A model generated the notes under the pieces. That model saw nothing but the letters and a program-made list of their open reading frames with translations. It ran no database searches and was not told the origin of the DNA. The position numbers were made by a program, and so were the translations under genes. This document shows positions 38,504 through 50,733 of a stretch of 64,000 nt of DNA, piece by piece. Origin of the DNA: Malacoraja senta (lineage: Eukaryota); the NCBI GenBank assembly GCA_038087875.1, contig CM075993.1, positions 4,032,001-4,096,000 of the forward strand, written 5' to 3'. The first letter of the stretch is position 1; every line of letters starts with the position of its first letter.

Positions 38504-41500
38504 TAACTCTCTCTGGAGTACATCCAGTGAATCGGCCTCCACTACATTCTGTGGCACAGAATTCCACAGATTCACAACTCTCTGGCTGAAAAAGTTTTTC
38601 CTCATCTCAGTCCTAAATGGCCTACCCTTTATTCTCAAACTGTGACCCCTGCTTCTGGACTCCCCCAACACCGGAAGCATTTTCCCTGCAATTCTCATCC
38701 CCGTTCCAAATGTACGTCCTTTCATTCTGGAGCTGTGCCCTCTGGCCCGAGACTCTCTCACTCCTGGGAAACATCCTCTCCACATCCACTCTATCCAGGC
38801 CTTGGACTTGGTTGTTTTCTCTGGAATGCCAGAGATTTAAGGGGAGATCTGGTGGAGCTATATAAAATGATGCGAGGCATAGATAGGGTAGACAGTCAGA
38901 ACCTTTTTTCCCAAGATGGAAATATCTAATACTAGCGTGTATATCATTAAGGTGAGTGGGATTTCCACACAGAGGCTGGCGAGAGCCTGAAATGTGCTTC
39001 CAGGGATGGTGGTGGAGGCCAGATATGATAGTGGTGTTCAAGAGGCCTCTGGATGCCTCTGGAAAGGCAAATGGACATGCAGGGAATGGAGGGATATGGA
39101 TCACGAACCGGCAGAAGAGGAGCGTTTAGGAAAGAACCGCAGACGCTGGTTTAAACTGAAGGTAGACTCAAAATGCTGGAGTAACTCAGCGGGACAGGCA
39201 GCATCTCTGGAGAGAAGGAATGAAGATGAGGAGTGTTTAAGAAGGAACTGCAGATGCTGGAAAATCGAAGGTACACAAAAATGCTGGAGAAACTCGGCGG
39301 GTGAGGCAGCATCTATGGAGCGAAGGAAATAGGCGACGTTTCGGGTCGAAACCCTTCTTCAGAAGATGAAGGAGTCTATTTTGACATTATGTTCAGCATA
39401 GATGTGGGCCGAAGGGCCTGTTCCTATGCTGTACTGTTCTGTCTTCGATGGGCTATGATTATAGAACAGGCGGAGGCCACGAGGGTTGAGTCTCTGGTGG
39501 GGTTTGACAGCAAGGATGAGAATTTTAAAGCCAAGCTCTCGGAATAACCTAAGGGATGCAGTGGTCAATAATTGAATATTTTGGACACCTTGTGCCGGGA
39601 ATGATGCTGCAGGAAGGACCGATTGGAGCGACTATCCAAAATCCCCTCCCCATCTTTCTTGAGAGCAGTCTGTACGCAGGGTGGCTGCGGAAACGCTTTC
39701 GCATGAAGAACGCGATGTGTCACCGAGATCGCAGAGTCACTTCATTTTCCAATAAGGAACGCTATTCTTTGGCTGGAAACTCCCTTTCCATTTCAGGTTG
39801 CCCTTGTGGCAAGGTAAAAGGCTTGATATGAGCAGACTGAAGCATAATGATATGGAGATTTTATTGATATTCTGTGGGTGCCTAGAGGGTTGGTTGCTGA
39901 GGAGTCCACATTGTGGTACTTACGAGTAAATGCCCATGGGCCGAGTGAGAGACTGTGTGTATGTGTGTGATGTATTATTCACAAGGGCCCAACTTAGCCT
40001 TGAATTAATTCCTTTTATTACAGTTGCTTGCCAAACTAAATTAACAGCTTCAGCCAAGCACTAAACAAGCGCGGTATTTATTTTTGGATGATTGTGGTGA
40101 AGCTGTTTTGTCGGACAGCCATTTGTAACTTTTACGATCAGCTTCACGCGTGTAATTTGATGTTTCCAATGGGCAGTGTTGTTTTCAAATTCCTTATTAA
40201 ACCCTGAGCTGATCAACACGGCTGTCCCCTAGCAGGTCCTGCATAACATTAGGGTAATGTGCAAGAAGGAACTGCGGTTTCAACGGAAGATAGACACAAA
40301 AAGCTGGAGTAACTCAGCGGGTCGGGCAGCATCTCTGGAGAGAAGGAATGGGTGACGTTTCTGGTTCTTCAGTTCTAACCTGGCAGTTCCCAGCACCGCT
40401 CCTCAGGCACAATGTCCATGCAATAACATGTAAAGGACACCCAATTAGATAATAAAATACCCGTATCACACAGTGGAGGCATTGGAGAGGGTGCAGAAGA
40501 AGTTGACCAGAATATTGACTTCAAATCTAACTTCAAGTCACCCTTGCTTTCCCTCTCTCTCCATCCCTCCCCCTTCCTAGTCCTCCCACCAGTCTGACTG
40601 TTCCCCTGATTAAATGTTATCTTTGTAAGTGGAGGAAGGAACTGCAGATGCTGGTTTACACCGAAGATAGACACAAAATGCTGGAGTAACTCAGCGGGAC
40701 AGGCAGCATCTCTGGACAAAAGGAATAGGTGACATTTCGGGTCGAGACCCTTCTTCAGACTCAGACTGAGACTGTTTGCTTGCTGTCACCTCCTAACTAA
40801 CAATGATCTATTTCCACATTTTCCTTGAGCTCCGTTCCCTTTGATGGCCCGTGTTCACACCTTGCCCTTCCATATCTCTGTGTCTCCCTCTCCCCTGACT
40901 CTCGGTCCGAAGAAGGGTCTCGACCCGAAATGTGAACCATTCCTTCTATCCAGAGATGCTGCCTGTCCCGCTGAGTTACTCCAGCATTTTGTGTCTATCT
41001 ACAGTCTCTTCCCAGCTGTTGTCAGGCAACGGAATCATCCTACCACAACTAGAGAACAGTGCTGAACTACTATCTACCTCTTTGGTGACCCTTGGACTAT
41101 CCTTGATTGGACTTTGCTGGCTTTACCTTGCACTAAACGTTATTCCCTTATCGTGTATCTATACACTGTAAATGAATCGATTGTAACCGTGTATTGTCTT
41201 TCTGTTGACTGGTTAGCCCGCAACAAAGCTTTTCACTGTACCTCGGTACACGTGACAATAAACTAACATGAACTGGTTGCCTCCGTCCGGGAGCTCTGGT
41301 TCCCCAGCAACATCTCAAAGACGTGCGGATTTGTCGGTTAATCGGCCTCTGTAAATTGTTCCTAGTGTGTAGGGAGTGGGTGCGATAGTGAGATTACATA
41401 ATGTTAATTGGGGATCGATGGTCGGCGTGGGCTCGGTGGGCTGAAGGGCCTGTTTCCATGCTGTATCTCTAAGCTAAGCCACTCCCTGTTCTATCCCAGT

Positions 41501-43743
41501 TTGGGGCATCGGGGAGGGAAGGAGAGGGGGGGGGTCGGGCAGGGGGGGGTGCCTTCTTTGTCCCGAGCTGTTGGGCATCTCGTTAGAAGCCGGTTCCGAG
41601 AACGTTGCTTGAATAACAATCAAGGTCAAAGCTCAGGGAATGAGCGCGGCGGAACTTCAATAATAACACCCCAGGGTCATCTGTTTGGAGGCAGCGTTTC
41701 AAAGCGGTTCCCAGGGGGAAGGATCTGAGGTGCTAATGGTTAGGGATCCGTCCACATTTATCACTTTGAGCATTGATATGTGCGAGGGGAGTAGATGGGC
41801 AGAGTGCAGAGGGGGGGGGGGGGTGTTGTTATGCGGAGCCCTTGCTCCTGAGAAAGTCATCTCTCCCAGTGTCAGTGCAATCTCCTCCCAGAATTTCGTA
41901 AAGCTTGCAAAAGAAACAATTAGGCAGCAAGCTTACCTTTTCCCCTCAGACGCATAACAAATAAAGGTGGTCGCATGGTTGGTCTAAGCTAACGGTTTAC
42001 CCACAAGGTTAATTTGCAGGTTGGATCAGGAGATAAGGAAAGAAAATGCAATGTTCATATTCATTTTGAGAGGACTGGAGTATAAAAGCTTGGGATGTAA
42101 TGCTGAGGCTTTACAGGGCACAGGTTAGACCACATTTACAGTACTGTAAGTAGTTTTGGGCCCCATATCTGAGGAGGGATGTGTTGGTTTTGCAGACTTT
42201 CCAGAGGAGGTTTACGAGAATGATCCCAGGGATGGTTGGGTTTATTTACTGTGGGTTAATGTTTGACGGCTCTGGGCCTGTACTCGCTGGAGTTACGAGA
42301 ATGAGGAGAGATCTTCTAAACACTTACTGTATAACAAAAGTGTGGGAAAGTTGCTTCCTCACAGCGCCAGAGACTCTGGTTCGATCCTGACTACGGGTGC
42401 TTGTCTGTACGGAGTTTGTACGTTCTCCCCGTGACTGCGTAGGGTTTCCCCGGGATCTCCGGTTTCCTCCCACACTCCAAAGACGTACAGGTTTGTAGGT
42501 TAATTGGCTTTGATATATATGTAAATTGTCCCTAGTGGGTGTAGGGTAGTGTTAATGTGCGGGGATCGCTGGTCGGCGCGGACTCGGTGGGCCGAAGGGC
42601 CTGTTTCCACGCTGTTTCTCTAAACTAAACTAAACTAATTCCAAGCCCATGTTTGTTGTAGTCACGATGAACAGCGGAGCTGGTGCTTGCAGCATTTATC
42701 ATCACTACAAGCATTGCATTAGTGGGTACCGTAAGGTTACAGGGTTTGTGCAGTTGGTTAAACGTCTAATGAGTTGGATACATGGAGACATAGGGAAAAT
42801 TAATGTCTTTGTTGAACAGAATGTGTCAGCCATTCTCACGCGCACATTCCCACAGGAGCCCTCCTGGACAAGAGCTAATTGAATAAAAGTGTGCCGGGGA
42901 GGTTGGCGGCATGTGCAAGACAAAGACGGCAGAGAGACGGTGACAGGCAGAGGCGTTTGCAGTACCATGGACAGCAGCTGCAGTATCCGCCTGTCTAATC
43001 ACAGGCCGACGATAAAACTGTTGCATTTTACATGATCTGAGCTTCTGGGCGCAGTGGGCCGGCTCGGTTGCAATTGTACCCGGCCCAGCCACGATATGTG
43101 GTGAAGACAGACGCAAAACACTGGAGCAACTCAGCGGGACAGGCGGCAGCTCTGGAGAGACGGAATGGCCGACGGTTTCGGGTCGAGACCCTTCGTCAGA
43201 CCAGAGTCAGGAGAAAGAGAAAGAGAAAGGGTCACAAGTTTAAGGATAAGGGGGAAGTCTTTTAGGACCGAGATGAGAAAAACATTTTTCACACAGAGAG
43301 TGGTGAATCTCTGCAACTCTCTGCCACAGAAGGTAGTTAAGGCCAGTTCATTGGCTATATTTAAGAGGGAGTTAGATGTGGCCCTTGTGGCTAAAGTGAT
43401 CAGGGGGTATGGAGAGAAGGCAGGTACAGGATACTGAGTTGGATGATCAGCCATGATCATATTGAATGGCGGTGCAGGCTCGAAGGGCCGAATGGCCTAC
43501 TCCTGCACCTATTTTCTATGTCTATGTTTCTAAAGGGAAATGAGAGATATGGACGGTGACTTTGAGCGATATAGAACAAATGAATGAAAGATATGAAAAA
43601 GAATATGAATGTGAAAATGAATGAAAGATGATAAAGAAAACAGGCCATTGTTAGCTGTGGGCTAGGTGAGTTACTCCAGCATCTTGTGTCTATCTTCGGT
43701 TTAAACCAGCATCTGCAGTTCCTTCCTACACAATTCGTGAAGC

Positions 43744-43943
43744 NNNNNNNNNNNNNNNNNNNNNNNNNNNNNNNNNNNNNNNNNNNNNNNNNNNNNNNNN
43801 NNNNNNNNNNNNNNNNNNNNNNNNNNNNNNNNNNNNNNNNNNNNNNNNNNNNNNNNNNNNNNNNNNNNNNNNNNNNNNNNNNNNNNNNNNNNNNNNNNNN
43901 NNNNNNNNNNNNNNNNNNNNNNNNNNNNNNNNNNNNNNNNNNN
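43744..43943. other. Assembly gap (200 N, placeholder size); truncates ISLR2 CDS
   Basis: Run of exactly 200 N. Coding sequence (LRRCT 'PFSCDC') begins immediately after it. Confidence 0.99.
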
Positions 43944-45389
43944 CCCCTTCTCCTGCGACTGCCGGCTGGAGTGGCTGAAGGAATGGGTCCTCCAAGCGCT
44001 CATCTCCATTCCAGAGAAGCAGGACATCCAATGCTCCGAGCCGGCCGGGCTGAGGGGGACGGCGGTGGTGGACATTCCCCCGTTACAATGCGTCGCGCCT
44101 CAGGTCCACCTGAGCTACCAAGGCAGCAACGACACGGCCGGTTTCTTCCAGGGGCAAACGCTCACCGTCCACTGCAACTCCACGGGCAACCCGCGCCCCA
44201 GATCCGCTGGAAGGTGCGGACGTCCAACACGGAGGTCGACCTCAACGAGGCGAGGGCGAGGGCGGTGGAGAGAGGGGAAGGGAGGGTGTTGGCCAGCGGC
44301 AAGGAGGGGGAACAGGAGCGCTTGGTGGTCCTCAAGAACGGGACGTTGGTCATCCCCCGCCTGAGCAAGTACGAAGAGGGGGTGTACACTTGCCTCGCCA
44401 CTAACCTGATGGGAAGCAACGAGTCTTCCTTGGAAGTGGTGCTCAGTCCCAATCCGAAGCGGGAGCACGGCTACACCAAGGGCCGGGCGCCGAGCCCCAG
44501 CGCCTCCACCAAGCTCCGGGCGAAGGGTGGAGTCACCAGCGGGCCCGGTCTACAGGGGAAGGTCGGGCACCTGGAGCCCACGGCAGCCGGCAATCCCACC
44601 CCAAGCGCCCCGGACGCCCAGAGCTGCGCCAAGAGAGATCTAAGCCGCTTCATCTCCAACCATGCCTTCAACCTGAGCTCGGAGATGAAGCCACGAACCT
44701 TCGACTTCGGCGTCCTGGCCATGGAGGTGAGCGACAGCGACGCCAGGGTCCAGTTGACTCCTTTCCAGACGCCGCCGGGCGCCAGGAAGCCCCAGGTGTT
44801 GTTCCTGTGTTCGGGGCATGTGCCGGGAGAAGCGTCGGTGGTTCAGTGGTCCACGATCGAGAGCGGCGTCAACTCGTACCGCTTCCAGAAGCTGAAGCCG
44901 GGCTCCAACTACACGCTTTGCTTCACCCACACCGACTGCCACGACTGCCAAGTGCAAGTGGTGTTCACCACCAGGAGGAAGATCCCGTCCTTGTTCATCA
45001 TGATCGTGGTCAGCTGCATCCTCCTGAGCGTGGCCACCGTCCCCTTGCTGGGGGCCACCTGTTGCCACCTGATGTACAAGTACCAGGGCAAGACCTACAA
45101 GCTGATCATGAAGACCCAGGCCCCGGGCAGCGTGGGGAAGGAAGCGGGCAGCCCCTTCGAAGCTGCCGCCGCCGCCTCCTCCCTGCACGGCTCGGCTCAG
45201 GTGTACGAAGCCAGCGAGGCCGGGGAAGAAGGCAGCCTAGATGCCGAGGGCAGGCCCGGGTCTCAGGTCAAAGCCAACCCGGACGAGTTCGAGGTTTACT
45301 CCGAGTACAGCGACCGCCTGCCGCTCGGGGCAGAAGCCGTGAACATCGGCGAGGAGATCAACGGCAACTACAGGCGACCAGTGCGTTGA
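43944..45389 (+). CDS. ISLR2: ISLR2/Linx, 5'-truncated by the gap; single large coding exon with apparent 1-bp frameshift at ~44196-44200
   Basis: Frame from 43945 reads the LRRCT (N)PFSCDCRLEWLKEW...QCSEPAGLRG...LQCVAPQV and then the Ig start (TLTVHCNSTGNPRP). After the frameshift: QIRWKV...NGTLVIP...EEGVYTCLATN (rest of Ig), FISNHAFN, TM IPSLFIMIVVSCILLSVATVPLLGATCC, KYQGKTYKLIMK, and the ISLR2-type C-terminus SEYSDRLPLGAEAVNIGEEINGNY. Stop TGA 45387-45389. STRA6 is adjacent, as in other vertebrates. Confidence 0.93.
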   Translation, partial: PLLLRLPAGVAEGMGPPSAHLHSREAGHPMLRAGRAEGDGGGGHSPVTMRRASGPPELPRQQRHGRFLPGANAHRPLQLHGQPAPQIRWKVRTSNTEVDLNEARARAVERGEGRVLASGKEGEQERLVVLKNGTLVIPRLSKYEEGVYTCLATNLMGSNESSLEVVLSPNPKREHGYTKGRAPSPSASTKLRAKGGVTSGPGLQGKVGHLEPTAAGNPTPSAPDAQSCAKRDLSRFISNHAFNLSSEMKPRTFDFGVLAMEVSDSDARVQLTPFQTPPGARKPQVLFLCSGHVPGEASVVQWSTIESGVNSYRFQKLKPGSNYTLCFTHTDCHDCQVQVVFTTRRKIPSLFIMIVVSCILLSVATVPLLGATCCHLMYKYQGKTYKLIMKTQAPGSVGKEAGSPFEAAAAASSLHGSAQVYEASEAGEEGSLDAEGRPGSQVKANPDEFEVYSEYSDRLPLGAEAVNIGEEINGNYRRPVR

Positions 45390-45825
45390 GACCGATCGCC
45401 AAGGATCGCCAGCCACGACTAACTAACCCAACCGCAGATCACACAACAAGAAACCAAATCTCCGCTCTCCCGCCCAGGATTAAAAAAAAAAACCTCTAGG
45501 TATTCACACGGTGACAACGGCCGTGGTTTTTATTCAGTTTCAGAATTTTACCGTTGAATTGAATTACCGGTGCTGGCTCGAAGGGCCAAATGGCCAAATG
45601 GCCAAATGTCTATTGTCTATTGTCTATTGACAGAAGTAATACGGATTTGGGAATTGGCAGCCTTCCCCTTCGCGACGAAATGTCCCAAGTCAACCATCCG
45701 AGAGCGGTCGTTTTTTTGTGAACAGTCTTTATTGGAAACGTATGGTGCTTGGTTTGAAGAATTTTCAACCATTGTTGACCCTTGTAGACTTTCTTTGGGC
45801 GTCTGCGACCTTTCACTGCGATCCT

Positions 45826-46545
45826 CTCTCCCCTCCCTCTCTCCCCCACCCCCATCTCTTCCCCCCTTTCCCCCTCCCCCCTCTCTCACCCCCCACCCCA
45901 CCTCGCCACCTCCCCCCTCTCTCCCCCTTCTCTCACCCCACCCCACCTCGCCACCCCCTCTCTCCCCTCTCTCCTCCCTCTCTACCCCCCTCTCTCACCC
46001 CCACCCCAACTCGCCACCCCCCCTCTCTCCCCTCTCTCCCCCCCTCTCTCACCCCATACCACACCTCGCCACCTCCCCCCTCTACCCCCTCCTCTCCCCC
46101 CCTCCCCCCCTCCCCTCTCTCCCCCCCTCTCTCACCCCCACCCCACCTCGCCACCTCCCCCCCTCTCTCACCCCCCACCCCACCTCGCCACCCCCTCTCT
46201 CCCCTCTCTCCCCTCTCTCCCCCCCCTCTCACCCCCACCCCACCTCGCCACCTCCCCCCCTCTCTCACCCCCCACCCCACCTCGCCACCCCCTCTCTCCC
46301 CTCTCTCCCCCCCTCTCTCACCCCACACCACACCTCGCCACCTCCCCCTCTCTCCCCCCCTCTCTCACCCCACACCACACCTCGCCACCTCCCCCTCTCT
46401 CCCCCCCTCTCTCACCCCACACCACACCTCGCCACCGCCCCCTCTCTCCCCCCCCTCTCCACCCCCCTCCCCCCCTCCTCTCCCCCCTCTCTCCCCCCCC
46501 TCTCCCCCCTCTCTCCACCCCACCTTGCCACCTCCCCTTGCCCCC
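45826..46545. repeat. C/T-rich minisatellite downstream of the ISLR2 stop
   Basis: More than ten imperfect units of CTCTCTCACCCC(C)ACCCCACCTCGCCACC(T)CCCC(CTCTCTCCC). Confidence 0.95.
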
Positions 46546-46894
46546 AGTCAATGTGGTGAAACTAATATTGTCTGTGTATATCTCTCGATGTTTGCCGGTG
46601 ACACTGTTGTGCCCACTACCACCCCCCGCCCCCTGTCCCGCAGCTGATATCCCACTCCATACCAGCAGCCCATTGTATTGTATTTAAGAGACTAGTGCGT
46701 CTAAATGGAAGTAGTGTTACATGGCCCCGTCGCGTTAGTGTGGAGGAACTTCTCTTGAGAGAGTTATTGGCTGCCGCGGTCGACTTGCGGGGCCCAGGTG
46801 TGTGCGTTTTTGTAACTTCGACCAACCCACTCTCCTACCCGCCTCTCTCGCTCCCCACCAACCCTTGATATGCTTTATCTCTGTGTTTATAAAA

Positions 46895-46900
46895 ATTAAA
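46895..46900 (+). promoter_or_regulatory. Candidate ISLR2 polyadenylation signal (ATTAAA)
   Basis: ATTAAA at the end of unique 3'UTR-like sequence, just before repeats resume. An alternative ATTAAA lies at ~45479. Confidence 0.3.
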
Positions 46901-49051
46901 AGCGAAACATATCAAAATCCTATTTGAGACTTGAGTTTGGAAATCTTCCTTTGAGAGAACAATCTCGCGTCTGTCGCTGCGTCAATGGAAAACGGCAGAC
47001 ATAGGTTTAAGGTGAAGGTGGAAAAGATTTAATAGGAATCTGAGGGGTAACTTTTTCACACCAAGGGTGGTGGGTGTATGGAACGAGCTGCCAGAGGAGG
47101 TAGTTGGGGCAGGGACTATCCCAACGTTTAAGCAGCAGTTAGACAGGTACATGGATAGGACAGGTTTGGAGGGATATGGACCAAACGCAGGCAGGTGGGA
47201 CTAGTGTAGCTGGGACATGTTGGCCAAGTCAAGTCAAGTCAAGTCAAGTTTTATTCGTCACTTGCACATAAAGTGCAAGTGAAATGAATTTGCCAGCAGC
47301 GGTACAATAAAAAATGAACACACAATACACAATAAAAATTTAACACAAACAACCACCACAGCATTCATCATTGTGTTGGAAGACCAAAACTTGGCCAGTA
47401 TGGGCAAGTTGGGCCGAAGGGCCTGTTTTCACACTGTATCACTCTATATTGAATTGTCCCATTGTAGGTAACTAACCAACATTTCCCCTCCCTCCGCCGC
47501 CGTCTTTGCAGCCCTCTCTTCCCTGTAGCTCATCTCTCCCACTATCCCGCCCCACTCCCCCGTCTCCCTCCACCCATATCCCCCCTCCCCGCTTCACATA
47601 TCACGCCCCTGCTCTCCCCATCTCGCAGTCTTTTGACCGCTTTCCACCTGTAGCCTTTGTCCACCCATCTGCCAACCAACCCCCCCTCTCACCTGTATCC
47701 ACCCATCACTCGCCTGTCCTCCCCCCCACCTCTCTTTTCCAGCTTTCCGTCCCCTACCCCAATAAGTCTGAACAAATGTCCCGACCCGAAAAGTCACCTC
47801 TTCATGTTCTCCAGAGACGCTGCCTGACCCGCTGAGTTCCTCCAGCACATTGTGACTTCATTTTGTAAGCCTGCACCTGCAGTTCCTTGTTTCGTCACGA
47901 AATTTAAATTCCTCCCTTTACGCCCCGGCAGTGCTGTCTCCGGAGATGCTGCCCGACCCGCTGAGTTATTCAGGCACGTCTGTGTCTTATGTTGTGCAAA
48001 TGTTAAAACTGCACCCACGCTGCTATCGTGTTGCCTCCACCACCACCTTTCAATGTGTTTCTAATCCGCTTCAGTCCCAGTGAGCCTCGCCTGGCTTCAC
48101 GGCTTCTAGCCTTGCATTCGACACCAATATTTCCCCATCACCGAGCTCCCATTTAACTGAAGTGGGCACAAAAGGATCTTATAGAAACACATAAAAATCT
48201 TAAGGATTTGGACAGGCTAGATGCAGGAAAAATGTTCCCGATATTGGGGGAGTCCAGAACCAGGGGTCACAGTTTAAGAATAAGGGGTAGGCCATTTAGG
48301 ACTGAGATGAGAAAAACTTTTCCACCCAGAGTTGTGAATCTGTGGAATTCTCTGCCACAGAAGACAGTGGAGGCCGATTCACTGGATGTTTTCGAGATGT
48401 AACTCTTAGGGCTAATGGAATCAAGGGATATGGGGAGAAAGCAGGAACGGGGCACTGATTTTGGATGATCAGCCATGATCGTATTGAATGGCGGTGCTGG
48501 CTCGAAGGGCCGAATGGCCTACTCCGGCACCTATTTTCTATGTTTCTGTGTTTCTAAAATGCTGGAGTAATTCAGCGGGACAGGCAGCATCTCTGGGGGG
48601 CAGGGAATGGGTGAGGTTTCGGGTCGAGACCCTTCTCCAGTCTGAAGGAACGTCACCCATTCCTTCTCTCCAGAGATGCTGCCTGTCCCGCTGAGTTACT
48701 CCAGCATTTTCTGTCTGTCTTCGATGCAAACCAGCATCGGCAGTTCCTTTCCACACATTTAACTGAAGTACTTTCCTTCCTTTCCACAAAGCGCGTTTGC
48801 AGACCGAGTAACAAGCAGCGTGCGGTGACGCTACTTAAACGTCGGTCTCAGTCATTGACAGTTCTATCTCGATTGAATGGATAGCCCCGGATGGTCTGCA
48901 GAAGGGTCCCGACACGAAACACCCCCTGTCCATTCCCTCCCCAGATGCTGACCGACCCGCTGTGTTCCTCCAGCACATTGTGCTTTGCTCCAGATTCCAG
49001 CCTCTGCAGTTTCCTGTGACTCCAGCCTGTAGCAGCATAAATACAGCCATG

Positions 49052-49337
49052 GGTGGCAGCGGTGGAGTTGCTGCCTTACAGCGCCGGAGACCCGGGTTCG
49101 ATCCCGCCTACAGGTGCTGTCTGTACGGAGTTTGTACGTTCTCCCCGTGACCTGAGTGGGTTTTCTCCGAGATCATCGGTTTCCTCCCACACTCCAAAGA
49201 CGTGCAGGTTTGTAGGTTACTCGGCTTGGTGTAAATGTAAATTGTCCCTTGTGTGTGTGTGTGTGTGTAGGATAGTGTTAATGTGCGGGGGTCGCTGGTC
49301 GGCATGGACTCGGTGGGCCGAAGGGCCTGTTTCCGCG
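49052..49337 (+). mobile_element. tRNA-derived V-SINE (HE1-like)
   Basis: tRNA-like head (GGTTCGATCC B-box), V-domain GGAGTTTGTACGTTCTCCCCGTGACC...CGGTTTCCTCCCACA, LINE-derived tail ending (CTAAA)n. Dozens of copies in the window. Confidence 0.88.
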
Positions 49338-50600
49338 CTGTATCTCTAAACTAAACTGGGGAATTACCAGATTAAATCCAACGCAAATGATCAAAAATAC
49401 AGTGTTTCCGACCCGAAACGTCACCTATCCATGTTCTCCACAGATGCTGCCTGACCCGCTGAGTTACTCCAGCACTTTGTGTTTTATTTTTGCTGAAGAT
49501 TCGAGCATCTGCGGTTCCTTCCGTCAAATCAAAAATAATATTTGAGTATCAGAACAAAAAGACACTGTTTGGAAAGCAATTTTTTTTTAAATGCCAGCTA
49601 TCTTTCATCAATTAATTCTTCCTTCGAAAGTCTATTGCAGGGCCAATACGAGTCTGTAGATGGTGCAACATGGAGTAAACATCAAACAACTATGCTGGAA
49701 CTCAGCGGTGTGGGGAGGAACCGCAGATGCTGATTTACACTGAAGATAGACACAAAATGCTGGAGTAACTCAGCGGGACAGGCAGCATCTCTGGAGAGAA
49801 GGGATGGGTGACGTTTCGGGTCCAGACCTTCCTTCAGGCTGAGAGCCAGGGGAAAGGGAAACGAGAGATATGGACGGTGATATAGAACAAAGGAATGGAA
49901 GATATGCAAAAAAAAGTAACGATGATAAGGCGTGTTCTAGGCGAGAAGGAGCGCAGACAATGAGACTCGACAAGACGACTTTGAAGCTGGTACGACTTGG
50001 GTGGCGGAGGGATGGAGAGGGAGGGAATGCAGGGTTTACTTGAAGTTAGAGAAATCAAGGGTTATATAAGCTGCCCAAGCGGGTCAGTCCTGAATGAAGA
50101 AGGGTCCCGAGCCTGCTAATTCCCCGCCACAGACGCTGGCTGTCGCGTCGAGTTCCTCCAGCGCTTTCTTCTTTAATATAAGGGGAAGGCAGGTCAGGCA
50201 GCATCTCTGGAGGGGTGATCGATGGTCGGCTTAAAGGGCCTTCTTCCACACTCACTGTATGTCTAACGCGAACTGAATAAGAAACTGCAGATGCTGGTGA
50301 ATACACAGGACACAGAGTGATGGAGCAACTCAGCGCATCTCTGGAGAACATGGATAGGCGAGGTTTTGGGGCGAGGTGCTTCTTCAGACTGATTGGTTGT
50401 GGAGGGGGTGGGGGGGAGTGAAAGCTGGGAGGGGAGAGGTAGGAAAGAACATGGACACAGACTGCCCCGTGATGGCAGCTCACAGAATGTGCGCTAATAC
50501 AGGAGCACACACTGAGATCTATGGTCAGTGTGGCTGGATCTCTAGACTAAATAAATACATCGGGCGCAGACGTGTGTGGCAGCGGAGAGCTGTATAGTGT

Positions 50601-50733
50601 AGGGCCTGTCTCATTTGCGCGTAATGTACGCGACATCATTTACGCGTCACGACGCCCCAGGATTTTGGGATGTACAAAATCTTCGCGCGCCATCTGCGTG
50701 ACGCGCAAATGACGCCCAAGTGGGACAGGCCCT
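50601..50733. mobile_element. Deleted PIF/Harbinger MITE
   Basis: Same TIR family; left TIR partly deleted; TSD not matched. Confidence 0.7.

Noticed and set aside
43686..45389. 567-aa ORF from the track as the full ISLR2 protein
   Set aside because: It starts in a Penelope repeat, runs through the N-gap and is in the wrong frame until ~44200. Only the part from QIRWKV onward is real.
44640..45499. Overlapping antisense or alternative-frame ORFs in ISLR2
   Set aside because: Expected by-product of high GC3 coding sequence; no independent support.
45570..46647. 329-aa and 309-aa Pro/Ser/Leu-rich ORFs
   Set aside because: Stop-free only because of the C-rich minisatellite; no domain or splice support.
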